Origin: Macrostomum hystrix
Lineage: Eukaryota > Animalia > Platyhelminthes
Length of the DNA stretch: 64,000 nt
Assembly (NCBI GenBank): GCA_950097015.1
Contig: CATNEN010000001.1
Coordinates: forward strand, 7,688,001 to 7,752,000
Reading direction: 5' to 3'
This document shows, piece by piece, positions 50,701 through 63,539 of the stretch. Made by a program: the position numbers and the translations under genes. Position 1 is the first letter of the stretch, and each line of letters starts with the position of its first letter. The notes under the pieces are model-generated. The model made no database searches. It saw nothing but the letters and a program-made list of their open reading frames with translations, and was not told the DNA's origin.

Positions 50701-51766
50701 CTTTATTTTACTTTCACTTTAGTATAGTCCTTGGCGCGAACGCATGAACCGTTCTGCCATCATATCCTAATGCGTCCTGACACATGTGGGTGAGTGGCAG
50801 AGCGTTTTCCTCTCGCACCGAGGTCACTGTGAGCTCGATTACACGGCGAGGCCACATTCATTTGGAGCGCAGCCGTAGAGAGAAGGCAATTGTCGTGCAA
50901 TTTACGCCCTCGAGGGCCAACCTCGAAGGCACAGTGAGAAAGTGTGAGGACAGATGTGCAAACCTGTGTGCGTGTACGGTACGGTAACTGTGTTGGAGCG
51001 TAATAATTAAATGTTCGATCTTACTATTTACCATTAAAAATCTGAGCGATGGGCTGAGCAATTGTGTAATTAAACTGTCTCTGACGAACTAGATTTTCGA
51101 ATTCGTCATATTTCCACACCCGATCGCCAGGCTTTGATTCCAAAACTCGGCGCACATATTTGTCCATCGATCCGAGGGTCTCAGACACGTCGTTAATGAT
51201 TAATAGCTGACAGGTGGCGTTTAGCTTGACAAACACAGCGGCAGCGCAGATTACAGTCTGGCAGGCTGATAGGCAGTGATATTTCGACTTGGAATTGGTC
51301 AAGTTGATAATGTCACTATTCGACGAGGAGTTTAGCGTCAAAACTCCGGTGGTCTCGACATAACGACGCGATGTCGATCGACTCACTATATTTGAATGCG
51401 TGAGATAAGGTTCAATAATAAAAATAATTAGATTAAACCTGCCCTAAGCCAGGCCAGATGTGCAGCCGACAGCACAGCCGCAGCTAATGCTGTTCAGTCC
51501 ATAGACTGGGGGGACGCCACACCCATTCTCGGTGAATTGAAACTGTGTACTCGAGAATCGAACCCTAGACCTTCAAGTCGTGAGTCGGACACACTAACCT
51601 CTGATGGCTACAACAGTTTATACAATTGATACCAATTTCAAATAAATGTGCCAACAAGCAATACAAGGTATTTACCTTCTGTCAGAGCTGTAGTTGTCAG
51701 TACATTAGTAGACAATAGAACAAGGCAAATTAAATACAAACAAGCAAGTCCAACTATGGAATGCAT
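47736..51766 (-). CDS. Secreted protein: signal peptide + PAN/apple-like domain + ALK/LTK-type glycine-rich domain; exons 51766-51676, 51385-51032, 50524-50195, 48235-47736
   Basis: Signal peptide MHSIVGLACLYLICLVLL, CLSACQTVICAAAVF..TCQL, GCYRIIVTGASGG..LSIVVGQTG..GGGGGSFV..AAAGGGGA. The last exon (absent from the ORF track) reads GGFGGGGGGG..GGGGGFSGG..GGGGGSY..GSVVV*. All three introns are phase 1. Confidence 0.82.
48476..49997 (-). mobile_element. Tc1/IS630-like DNA transposon with inactivated transposase (coding remnant ~49776-48703)
   Basis: ~165-bp TIRs bounded by TA. HTH N-terminus, YLDETGF, IIFMDGPNFH and LPP(Y)SPFLNPTE motifs, interrupted by stops and frameshifts. Confidence 0.92.
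50787..51007 (+). mobile_element. SINE family B, partial
   Basis: gggtgagtggcagagcg head and gccacattcatttgg body. Confidence 0.75.
51421..51614 (-). mobile_element. SINE family A, internally deleted
   Basis: cagatgtgcagccgacagcacagccgcagctaatgc tail and gaccttcaagtcgtgagtc head. Confidence 0.75.
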
Positions 51767-52942
51767 TGTCTGTACTTTTACGAGTAATATATTTTATTTG
51801 TATTATAGCACTATTAGCTATGTAATTGTTGAAGCTTCTGAATCTGAACTGTCGTACGAACTTCTCGGATCTTTTATAATGAAATTTATCTCTATACCTT
51901 GTCGTTCGCCTATTGGATGAAATTCTGTAACAAGACAATAATCAGGACTATTGGTTGTCCATCATTCACTAATTTGTTATTGAAGTTTAGTTTAACTTAT
52001 TAAAAATAGAAGCCATGCACAAAGCTCTATTTAATTTAAGAAGTAACCTGCATTTTTGTAATGAATAACCAGAACTATTTTAAATCGTTTTGATATTTTT
52101 TGCTGCCATGAAAGCAAATATTAACGCGGCACAGAAAGAACAGATTTAGTCAGTATTGGATTTCAGCCTTTTTGTCGTTGTTTGATTAACTCTGCGAGCA
52201 TGTGTGTAGTTTATATAGTTTTCAATTTCAAGAACACAGGAGACAAATAAGGATGTAAGATGTAGCTGCACTAACTGAACTGAAGCATGCGAAAGAAATG
52301 CATAGCTTTACATGGTGCTGCATGAATTTGAAATCGCAGTTGAAAGACGTGTCAAGTAAAATGTAGAACTTCACTGAAATTGTAAAGTTACAAATATTTG
52401 CTGTTGCACTCAAATTCAATATATTTGAATAGATTTTATTTATGCTTGTTAGCTACTTTGAGAAGAAAGTATACTTACGTATGTAGTTTAATATGAATCC
52501 AAACAGACATAGCATTGTTTCGAGTTAAGCTTCATCAAACAAGCAGCAGGCAAGGTGCATCACCCAGTCTTAAGTGACAGACCAAGTACAGAGTCCAAAA
52601 ATTTATTGATTTCGTTCTTTGTCACGGCGACACAATTAATTGTATAGCAATTCTAGCTTCTAAAAGTCTATACATATAGGACCTCTTGAGACAGCTTTAT
52701 GAGAATTAATGAGCTTTGTTGTCAAGGCGAAATTTGAACAGAGAAATTCAATAGGACAAAGCATTCAAACTGTACTGTTGAGCACTTGTTTAAGTTAGTT
52801 ACAAGAGTATATAACCCGCTAGACACTGGGTATAACTGTTAGACTTCAACTTAACCTGTTAGACAGCAGTGAGACAGTTAAAAAGTGAGTGTCATATGTA
52901 AGACAGAGGTTACCTGTTAGACCGATGGGTTACCTGTTACCG

Positions 52943-53676
52943 TCAGCACAGCCGCAGCAATTGCGCAGCGCGGGGGTCGGTGGCAGAGCGGTTAACGTGT
53001 CCTCTCGCACCACGGTCCCCAAGTTCGATTCCACGGCGAGGCCACATTTATTTGGGGCGCAGCCGCGGAAAGAAGGCTTTGGGGGCTTGTCGTGCAGTTT
53101 ACGCCCCTGAGGGCCAACCTCCAAGGCACAGTGAAGTGTATACACTGCCTGACAATGAGAAAGTCAGGGCAGATGTACACACATGCGTCAGCGTATGCCC
53201 GCGTGCAGTATCTGTGTGCGTGTGTGCTCAGGTGTCAGCGAAATGGGTAGAATCGCTTTTTTGCTGGCTGCAGGTCTAGTGTTACCAACACTAGTGTGCC
53301 ATTGCTCGCAGCCCTTCTGCAAATATTTTTATTATTATTGCACGGCGCATCTGAAGGCTGCGTACAGCTGTTCAGTCCATGGACTGGGGGGGACGCCACA
53401 CCCACCCTCAATAACTCCAGCTGTACCTATTTAACAGCTGGGTGAACTGAGTTAAGTGTTTTGCTAAAGGACACAATTTTTTTCATCGGAGTCGGGAAAC
53501 GAACCACCGACCACAAGTCGTGAGTCCGAAGCTCTTACCACAAAGATACCAGCTCCCATGTTTTAGCATCAGTTAAGTGTCTTTCTAAAATGCACAAATT
53601 ATTACTGTGGAGTCGCGAATCGAACCCTCGACCCTTTATAAGTCATGAGACCGACGCTCTAGCCAATAGGCTACAA
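52943..53676 (-). mobile_element. SINE family A, interrupted by a family B copy, with a duplicated 5' head
   Basis: The 3' piece (cagcacagccgcagc) is at 52943-52970, the body resumes at ~53339, and there are two successive head segments. Confidence 0.75.
52971..53338 (+). mobile_element. SINE family B, near full length
   Basis: A box tggcagagcgg, B box agttcgattcc, (ATT)n tail. Confidence 0.85.
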
Positions 53677-54779
53677 TCCACCTAGCGGTTTGTAACCCAG
53701 CAGGTAAGCCAAGCCAATGAATGGTGTCACCAGTTACGCAATCATTTTTTTCAGAAACGAAATTTAAGACTAAACTAGTTTAGCAGTTCTTATTGACATG
53801 TTCACCAATTTATCAGCGCAAATCTAGTCATTTTTCTTCTTCTCCGGTTAAAAGCGAATTTCTGTTCAGTTTTTCAGAGAAAGTGTAAACCTTAACGTCA
53901 ATGCTTCTAAAAAAATGAAATTCACATATTAACTTTTCATTATTACATTTATACAAAAGGTTTTTATAAAAAAAACAAACGGACAACCACCAAATTGAAT
54001 TAAATAACGGTTACAAAGCACCAAAAATAGAATACTCAATGACTAATAAGCTGCAGCTGGTCATTCTTTTAATACACAGAAAGTTTGCGCATCAGATTAC
54101 ACACGCATAATAATTAAGCTACTATTGCGAAACAGAATTTAATTAGAGCATCCATGCCAATAAAATTAAATAGGAAGTGTGTGAATTTGTGCCGGCATAT
54201 AAAATTAAAAATTCAATCATTACGGAAACAAACTAAATACGATTAATTTGAACAGTTTAAAACGCGACAATCACTTAGTTTTCTAGATGTTTTAATTGAT
54301 ATTAAAAAACGAAATACAAATATTACGGAAGACGGGAAAATTATTTAACAAAAAAATACATTCTCCTGCTCAATCAACAACGAGCTGCAGCAAAAGCGAC
54401 ACAAAATATAAGATGGAGAAAGCTAATACGGAAACTTTGAGATCCAGTCGTTAAACAGCGGTCTACAGAAAAAAACAAATTATCGTTGCACAAACACATA
54501 AGAAATGCTGATATAAACTAGTGTTGATGAGTCAAGGCAACCCAATGTAAATTTCAAAACGATTATCAGGCTTTAAAATATATAGATCTGATTCCAATAC
54601 ACAAGCATGGCCATAATCAAATATTGTACACATTAATTTTACTGCATCTTTAAAAGCTTTTTATTGGTTTTTTCACCACTCTTCTTCCTGACCAATCGCA
54701 GAGATTGGAGAATGGGACATTTTTTCTCCTGACCAATCGAAAAGTAACAGTTTATAATCAGCAACTCCTGCGTTTATTA

Positions 54780-55216
54780 ACTCTTCTGCACAATTCTGAG
54801 ACCGACAAGCTTTTATCATTCATCACCAGAGAGTGGCATGCTTTTATGATTCTTCCTGACCAATCAGAGAGTGACAAGATTCTATCATTCATCACCAGAG
54901 AGTGGCATGCTTTTATGACTCTTCCTGACCAATCAGAGAGTGACAAGATTCTATCATTCATCACCAGAGAGTGGCATGCTTTTATGACTCTTCCTGACCA
55001 ATCAGAGAGTGACAAGATTCTATCATTCATCACCAGAGAGTGGCATGCTTTTATGATTCTTCCTGACCAATCAGAGAGTGACAAGATTCTATCATTCATC
55101 ACCAGAGAGTGGCATGCTTTTATGACTCTTCCTGACCAATCAGAGAGTGATAAGATTCTATCATTCATCATCAGAGTGGCATGCTTTTATGACTCTTCCT
55201 GACCAATCAGAGAGTG
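54780..55216. repeat. 69-bp minisatellite (~6 copies)
   Basis: Unit contains cttcctgaccaatcagagagtgacaag...gagtggcatgc. Confidence 0.93.
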
Positions 55217-55857
55217 CTTACAAGCTTTTACAATTATTACTGGCCAATCAGAAAATGATGCACCGTAACGTTTTTTCCTTCTAAGCAGAGATATTTTTTG
55301 ACAATTTTCCTGACCAATGAGAGAGCCACACGTTGATAACCTGCGTACCCGCGTGACCAATCAAGGAACAACTAATCTACCAAAGAACAAGATGAGTCGG
55401 AAAACAGACCTATATATACCTATATTTATGCTGCTGAAAAAATAAGTGTATGTACGTTTTTATATAAATTCGAAGATGTGGAACCTTCTACGATCAATAA
55501 ATTAAACTAGTGAAAACCACAACTCAAAGCAAAATATAGAAATGAGCGCGAACAAAATGAGGAAGCAGACAACTCTTTAAAGGAAGAGAAAAATAAAGCA
55601 GAAAATCGTGTAGAGAAATCCGACTGACATTAAGTGAAAGATAATAAAAGACAAGATGGCAAACCAAACTACCAAAACGAGACGGCTGTGCACTTATTCT
55701 CCGGCATAAACAATACAAACTAGTTTGAGAAATCAAAATTTTAGAGGTCTTTCAATATCATAACTATCCTACTTTTACTAGGCCATGCAGAAAGTAGTAA
55801 AATACGTGAATTGAAGATGGCCAAAAGCGCAAGCAGACTAGAAGACACGTTGTTGGA

Positions 55858-58800
55858 TCACATTCCGTAGGGCAGACCGGAGGGCGCCGGTTGGCTGGTA
55901 TTATAGAAACTGATGCACAATTTGCGATCCCTCAGATCTCCCCAGCCGCCATTAGGTTTGAGGTTGCGAGCTCGTATCTTTAACTTGGTATTGAATGTTA
56001 GCTGATCTGGATATAGTCTGGCTATGTTATCAGCTAGCATTTTGTCTAATTTGCTAGTTAATAAGACCGGATTGCAAACTTTATTTCTGTGATGAACTCC
56101 GCATTCGCCGATATGAAATACTCGAGGACTGACACGCACAACCATGGTTTGAAATGGTCGCTTAGTGCATTTGGACAGAATGTGGTTCAGTGACCAGTCC
56201 CAGTTGTAGTCGTCGAAGGTGCAGAAGGCCTGAATAGAAAAATAATTGACTTCATCAGATATGGACTAACTTATTTTATCCCAAAAATATCCTAGCTAGC
56301 GCTCAGCTAACGACAAATAAAAAAGTAACTTTCGTCACGACCAATCAGTGACCAAAAAGTCAATTTCGTCACGACCAATCAGAGACCAACAAGTCACTTT
56401 CGTCACGACCAATCAGTGACCAAAAAGTCACTTTCGTCACGACCAATCTGAGATCAACAAGTCACTTTCGTCACGACCAATCAGTGACCAAAAAGTCACT
56501 TTCGTCACGACCAATCAGAGATCAACAAGTCACTTTCGTCACGACCAATCAGTGACCAAAAAGTCACTTTCGTCACGACAAATCAGAGACCAACAAGTCA
56601 CTTTCGTCACGACCAATCAGAGATCAACAAGTCAATTTCGTCACGACCAATCAGAGACCAACAAGTCACTTTCGTCACGACCAATCAGTGACCAAAAAGT
56701 CACTTTCGTCACGACCAATCTGAGATCAACAAGTCACTTTCGTCACGACCAATCGGTGACCAAAAAGTCACTTTCGTCACGACCAATCAGAGATCAACAA
56801 GCCACTTTCGTCACGACCAATCAGTGACCAAAAAGTCACTTTCGTCACGACCAATCAGAGATCAACAAGCCACTTTCGTCACGACAAATCAGAGACCAAC
56901 AAGTCACTTCGTCACGACCAATCAGAGATCAACAAGTCAATTTCGTCACGACCAATCAGAGATCAACAAGTCAATTTCGTCACGACCAATCAGAGACCAA
57001 CAAGTCACTTTCGTCACGACCAATCAGATACCAACAAGTCACTTTCGTCACGACCAATCAGATACCAACAAGTCACTTTCGTCACGACCAGTCAGAGACA
57101 CCAACAGGTCACTTGCTTCACGACCAATCAGAGACTAACAAGTAAATTTCGCCGCGACCAAGTAGAGAGCCACAAGTCACTTTCGCGGCGACCAACAAGT
57201 CACTTTTTTCATGACTAACCAGAGGTTAGAAATTTATTCCTGCCACAACCTAAAATAGATTAGTACGTCCTTATAGTCACAAAAATTATAAGATAAAGTC
57301 AGTTTTTTTCAAGGCAAACGAGTTGGTTTATTGGATCATTAAAAATCTTTTAAGGCACCATTCAAAGATCAACAAGTCAATTTTGTAATGACGAATTAGA
57401 AATCACTTGCCGAAAAAGCAGCAGACAAAAACATACGATGTTTATGGTCTTTCTTGTAAAAATTTACTTAAACGCTTTAACCAAACTATTTTCAGTATAT
57501 TTCAGTATATTATACTGTGTTTTTCAGTATAAATTATATATACCGATTATTTAAAAAAATTAGAAATTGCAAAGCAAGTAAAAATATTCTTATCGAAAAA
57601 AGCTAACGCGAAGTGAATTTGCAAGCAAATTCTTACCTCCAAACATGGCTTTATTTGATTCCAAATGGCGCGAGAAAACGACATGCCCATGTTATGAAAG
57701 CTAGATATCCATTTGTCCACAACAACCTGAATAGTAGAAATTAAATTGAATTAAATTAAATTAAATTAAGAGAATCCATACGGGAGAGAATCCCTACGGG
57801 AGAGAATCCCTACGGGAGAGAATCCCTACGGGAGAGAATCCCTACGGGAGAGAATCCCTACGGGAGAGAATCCCTACGGGAGAGAATCCCTACGGGAGAG
57901 AATCCCTACGGGAGAGAATCCCTACGGGAGAGAATCCCTACGGGAGAGAATCCCTACGGGAGAGAATCCCTACGGGAGAGAATCCCTACGGGAGAGAATC
58001 CCTACGGGAGAGAATCCCTACGGGAGAGAATCCCTACGGGAGAGAATCCCTACGGGAGAGAATCCTTACGGGAGAGAATCCCTACGGGAGAGAATCCCTA
58101 CGGGAGAGAATCCCTACGGGAGAGAATCCCTACGGGAGAGAATCCCTACGGGAGAGAATCCCTACGGGAGAGAATCCCTACGGGAGAGAATCCCTACGGG
58201 AGAGAATCCCTACGGGAGAGAATCCCTACGGGAGAGAATCCCTACGGGAGAGAATCCCTACGGGAGAGAATCCCTACGGGAGAGAATCCCTACGGGAGAG
58301 AATCCCTACGGGAGAGAATCCCTACGGGAGAGAATCCCTACGGGAGAGAATCCCTACGGGAGAGAATCCCTACGGGAGAGAATCCCTACGGGAGAGAATC
58401 CCTACGGGAGAGAATCCCTACGGGAGAGAATCCCTACGGGAGAGAATCCCTACGGGAGAGAATCCCTACGGGAGAGAATCCCTACGGGAGAGAATCCCTA
58501 CGGGAGAGAATCCCTACGGGAGAGAATCCCTACGGGAGAGAATCCCTACGGGAGAGAATCCCTACGGGAGAGAATCCCTACGGGAGAGAATCCCTACGGG
58601 AGAGAATCCCTACGGGAGAGAATCCCTACGGGAGAGAATCCCTACGGGAGAGAATCCCTACGGGAGAGAATCCCTACGGGAGAGAATCCCTACGGGAGAG
58701 AATCCCTACGGGAGAGAATCCCTACGGGAGAGAATCCCTACGGGAGAGAATCCCTACGGGAGAGAATCCCTACGGGAGAGAATCCCTACGGGAGAGAATC

Positions 58801-61800
58801 CCTACGGGAGAGAATCCCTACGGGAGAGAATCCCTACGGGAGAGAATCCCTACGGGAGAGAATCCCTACGGGAGAGAATCCCTACGGGAGAGAATCCCTA
58901 CGATAGGCAGACAAACCTGTCCAGTGTTTTTCGTAAAGTCAGGCTTCTTCTCGTAGGTTGCGAGGGTTAAAATTTCCACATCCTGGTTCAAGCTGCAAAA
59001 GGAAAGATGGTTGCATTTTTGTCTCACGGAAGCAGCAGAACAGAAACACAAGTGAACAAGTAAAATTCACTTTTTCTTAGCTGATAACATTAATCGGAGC
59101 ATGTGCAGTAGGTCTTCAACAACATAGTGATCCTCTTCAAGAAAGATCATCTGACCAGTGAAATTGGCCAATACGGGGCTGCGTTCAAACAACCGATGCA
59201 TCTTGTACAACCAGTGATGCTTAGTCTGGGTGTACTTTGACTCTCGATAATGGCCGTAACTATCAGGCCATTCGGCATTGTTGCATTTAAGCTGGCGCGC
59301 CCTGTAAATTCCGGCGTCTCTAGGACAATCGCGCGGATCGTTGCCGGGGAAACAATCAAAGTAGATCTGCTTCGTGTAGGGATAGAAAATCTAAAAATAG
59401 AATGTTCATAAGACGCTTTCTAAGAAATACGGTAAGTACTTTTCAACAAAAACTATTGAATTATAAGTACACAGCTGTTGTGCGGCGCATCCAAAGGCTG
59501 TTCAGTCCATGGACTACGGAGACGCCACACCCACCCTCAACTAACCCAGCTAATTTTGTTACCTATTTAACAGCTGGGTGAACTGAAGCAACGCACAGTT
59601 AATTGTCATCGTTAACTGACACAGTTTGTTAAAAGCCGGGAAACGAACCCCTGACCTTCTAAATCGTGAGTCACGCGCTTTAACTTGTAGAGTCTCAAAT
59701 TAACCCTTTTTAAGGATTAAGTAACGATTTGTTGATTTAACGCTACTGTCATCATTACACGTTAAATAAAAAAAACAATAATAAAACGTATTTAGACAGA
59801 TAACTCTGAAACAAACCTGCAAAACTTTGGCGTATCGAATCGATCGAACTAACGAATTGATTGCCGAACTATAAACATCGTGCGAAAACACCAATAGACA
59901 GTCTTCGATGTCTTTAACGCGTCTAAGCGAATCAATTAATAGATAGAGATAGTTAATTCGGTCGTGCACCTGTACAACGATAACTTCCGTGATTGGGCCT
60001 GGGTACAGTTGAGCATTTAGTACCTCGTGTTCAGCATTGATTGCCAACATTGCTTCTAACAGGGCTGTGCTATTAGTGCCGTCTAATGTGTACATCAAAG
60101 ATAGCGACTCTATAAGTGACGAATAGTTTAATGGCGTTCGTGTCAGTAGAAGAGGCCTCTGTAGATCCTGCTGATCGGCATTTTTTAGAGGGATAAATGA
60201 AAAGTGGCGATCAAATTTATATGCATGAGAATCTAGATTTAAATGATGGCGCGATTGGGAGACATTCTTATTTTAGATGAGAAAGAGACTGGTGAGAATG
60301 AGAGAGATAGAGACTGATGAGAATGAAATTAGAGAGACTGATGAGAATGAAATTAGAGATACTGATGAGAATGAGATAAGAGAGACTGATGAGAATGAAA
60401 TTAGAGATACTGATGAGAATGAAATTAGAGAGACTGATGAGAATGAAATTAGAGATACTGATGAGAATGAAATTAGAGAGACTGATGAGAATGAGATAAG
60501 AGAGACTGATGAGAATGAGATAAGAGAGACTGATGAGAATGAAATTAGAGAGACTGATGAGAATGAAATTAGAGAGACTGATGAGAATGAGATAAGAGAG
60601 ACTGATGAGAATGAAATTAGAGATACTGATGAGAATGAAATTAGAGAGACTGATGAGAATGAGATAAGAGAGACTGATGAGAATGAGATAAGAGAGACTG
60701 ATGAGAATGAAATTAGAGAGACTGATGAGAATGAGATAAGAGAGACTGATGAGAATGAGATAAGAGAGACAGATGAGAATGAGATAAGAGAGACTGATGA
60801 GAATGAAATTAGAGAGACTGATGAGAATGAAATTAGTGAGACTGATGAGAATGAGAGAGATAGAGACTGATGAGAATGAGAGAGATAGAGACTGATGAGA
60901 ATGAAATTAGAGAGACTGATGAGAATGAGATAAGAGAGACTGATGAGAATGAGATAAGAGAGACTGATGAGAATGAAATTAGAGAGACTGATGAGAATGA
61001 AATTAGTGAGACTGATGAGAATGAGAGAGATAGAGACTGATGAGAATGAGAGAGATAGAGACTGATGAGAATGAAATTAGAGAGACTGATGAGATTGAGA
61101 GAGATAGAGACTGATGAGAATGAAATTAGAGAGACTGATGAGAATGAGAGAGATAGAGACTGATGAGAATGAAATTAGAGAGACTGATGAGAATGAGAGA
61201 GATAGAGACTGATTAGAATGAAATTAGAGAGACTGATGAGAATGAAATTAGAGAGACTGATGAGAATTAGAGAGAGATAGAGACTGATGAAAATGAGAGA
61301 GATAGAGACTGATGAGAATGAAATTAGAGAGACTGATGAGAATGAGAGAGATAGAGACTGATGAGAATGAAATTAGAGAGACTGATGAGAATGAAATTAG
61401 AGAGACTGATGAGAATGAAATTAGAGAGACTGATGAGAATGAAATTAGAGAGACTGATGAGAATGAAATTAGAGAGACTGATGAGAATGAAATTAGAGAG
61501 ACTGATGAGAATAAGATTAGAGAGACTGATGAGAATGAAATTAGAGAGACTGATGAGAATGAAATTAGAGAGACTGATGAGAATGAAATTAGAGAGACTG
61601 ATGAGAATGAGAGAGATAGAGACTGATGAAAATGAGAGAGATAGAGACTGATGAGAATGAAATTAGAGAGACTGATGAGAATGAGAGAGATAGAGACTGA
61701 TGAGAATGAAATTAGAGAGACTGATGAGAATGAAATTAGAGAGACTGATGAGAATGAAATTAGAGAGACTGATGAGAATGAAATTAGAGAGACTGATGAG

Positions 61801-62587
61801 AATGAAATTAGAGAGACTGATGAGAATGAAATTAGAGAGACAGATGAGAATGAAATTAGAGAGACTGATGAGAATGAAATTAGAGAGACTGATGAGAATG
61901 AAATTAGAGAGACTGATTAGAATGAAATTAGAGAGACTGATGAGAATGAAATTAGAGAGACTGATGAGAATGAAATTAGAGAGACTGATGAGAATGAAAT
62001 TAGAGAGACTGATGAGAATGAGATTAGAGAGACTGATAAGAATGAAATTAGAGAGACTGATTAGAATGAAATTAGAGAGACAGATGAGAATGAAATTAGA
62101 GAGACTGATTAGAATGAGTTATGAGAGACTGATGAGAATGAGGTTAGAGAAATACTGGTAAGAATGAGATAAGAGAGACAGCTGACGATTTAGATGAGGA
62201 TGAGATGATGGAGAATATGACTCACATGAGACTTACCACAGACGAATCGAAATTGCACCCAGGACACATGAGTTGCGCAGGCTGCTGATGCTGTTGATGT
62301 AAATTTAAAGGACTTTGTGGCACTGGCCTCGCGAATCTTTGCAACAACTCCGGCGCAATCGCTTTTATAGAGGCCATATGTCGCCTACCGGCTAATGTGG
62401 TCTCTTCATCAACAGGAATTTCAGCCTTTGTTAACGAAAATTCATAATTTTGACGAGCAATATTCAGAAGAGACTTGGCAGGAAAGCCGCTTTTATCATT
62501 AAACATGTAGACAATGTGACACATCATGAAAGCGGCTGCAGCATACAATGAGCCGCGAATCATGCGTTGCAAACTTAGCCGCGGCAT
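55858..62587 (-). CDS. MGAT2: Alpha-1,6-mannosyl-glycoprotein 2-beta-N-acetylglucosaminyltransferase (GnT-II, GT16); exons 62587-62237, 60167-59817, 59390-59071, 58992-58917, 57726-57637, 56229-55858
   Basis: Type II anchor. IVVQVHDR, VFSHD, FPGNDPRDCPRD, GHYRE, QTKHHW, LEEDHY, HNMGM, FCTFDDYNWDWSL, PRVFHIGECGVH and GGWGDLRD motifs. Confidence 0.96.
56322..57225. repeat. 31-bp minisatellite in the last MGAT2 intron
   Basis: Unit aagtcactttcgtcacgaccaatcagagaccaac. Confidence 0.95.
57769..58902. repeat. 16-bp near-perfect minisatellite (~70 copies) in MGAT2 intron 4
   Basis: Unit gggagagaatccctac, almost invariant. Confidence 0.98.
59471..59690 (-). mobile_element. SINE family A, degenerate (MGAT2 intron 2)
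   Basis: ttcagtccatggact, tttaacagctgggtgaactgaagcaa and cgaacccctgacctt. Confidence 0.75.
60275..62185. repeat. Purine-rich 21/19-bp minisatellite in MGAT2 intron 1
   Basis: Unit gagactgatgagaatgaaatta(ga). Confidence 0.97.
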
Positions 62588-62654
62588 GCTGAGCTGAAGT
62601 GTAAATAAGCAGCAATTCTGGCAGAAGAGTGGGACATGGGTCAGTCTTCTTATC

Positions 62655-63490
62655 TATGAGGGTTGTTCCGAAAGTCCGCAATCAAACATGCATATTTTCT
62701 TTTTAGTCACTGCTTTGAACTAATACTTAATACCATAGACAAGTATCACTAATTGGTTCAAAGCAAGAGTAGTCTTGTTTGAGCAAAGCATTTCCTTCTT
62801 ACAGTGTTTGTAGACGTACGAGTACTATGCTAATCAATCAAAAACCATAGCCAACAAGTGGATACAGCATTTTGAAGATGGCTGAGAGACAGTTGATGAA
62901 CCTCCAGAGGATCTGGCCTGTCAACAGCTCAAACATCAAGCTCTGGATGTTGACCGCCAAGCCAGAGTTGTCAACCACTATTGGCATCTCATCATTGGCT
63001 GTTCACTTAATCCTGACAGTTGAACTCGGAATGTCACGTGTTCTTGTTTATGATAATAGATCCCAAAACTTCTGATTGACCAGCAGCAGTGAGAGTGGGT
63101 CCAGGTATGCCAGCAGCTCCTCCAGACATATAGCAATGTATCCCAACTTTTTGGACAGGTTTTTGACTAGGGATGAATCTTGGTTATAGTGAGCTAGAGT
63201 CCAAGATGCAGAGCTTCTTCTGGGACCATCTTCTGGGATATCTGCTCATCAAATGTCTTCCTTGTGGTGCTACAATTACTAGTGAGTACTACATTCAAGT
63301 CCTGCAGAAGTTGCCTGATGCCATCAAGGCCCAGTGGTATGCCAAGCTGAGCCATGGCATGCTGCTTCAGCACCACAATGCCAGATAACAATGGCTGCTA
63401 GTTTGGACCTGGGCTGCCAAACCGGTCTTACACAATGAACATCATACCTAGAGACTACTGGCTATTTGGAAAGACGAAAAAACCTTTGAG
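62655..63490 (+). mobile_element. Degenerate mariner transposon remnant
   Basis: tatgaggg terminus. Fragments LTRDESW, FFWD, GATITSEYY, LLQHHNAR and PRDYWLFGKTK resemble mariner DD34D transposase, with many stops and frameshifts. Confidence 0.78.
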
Positions 63491-63539
63491 GTTGCCAGTA
63501 CAGCTCTTCATAGACCATAGCATTGGCCATTTCGAGAGT

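Noticed and set aside
54705-55202. 165-aa repeat ORF
   Set aside because: The 69-bp unit is a multiple of three and happens to be open. It has a TTG start and no splice or homology support.
60277-62161. ORFs encoding (ETDENEIR)n or (MRMKLERL)n
   Set aside because: Translation artefacts of a 21-bp array antisense within MGAT2 intron 1.
60275-62185. CTGATGAG..GAAA in every repeat unit resembles a hammerhead ribozyme core
   Set aside because: The strand is nearly all purine. No stems I-III or properly placed NUH cleavage triplet can form.
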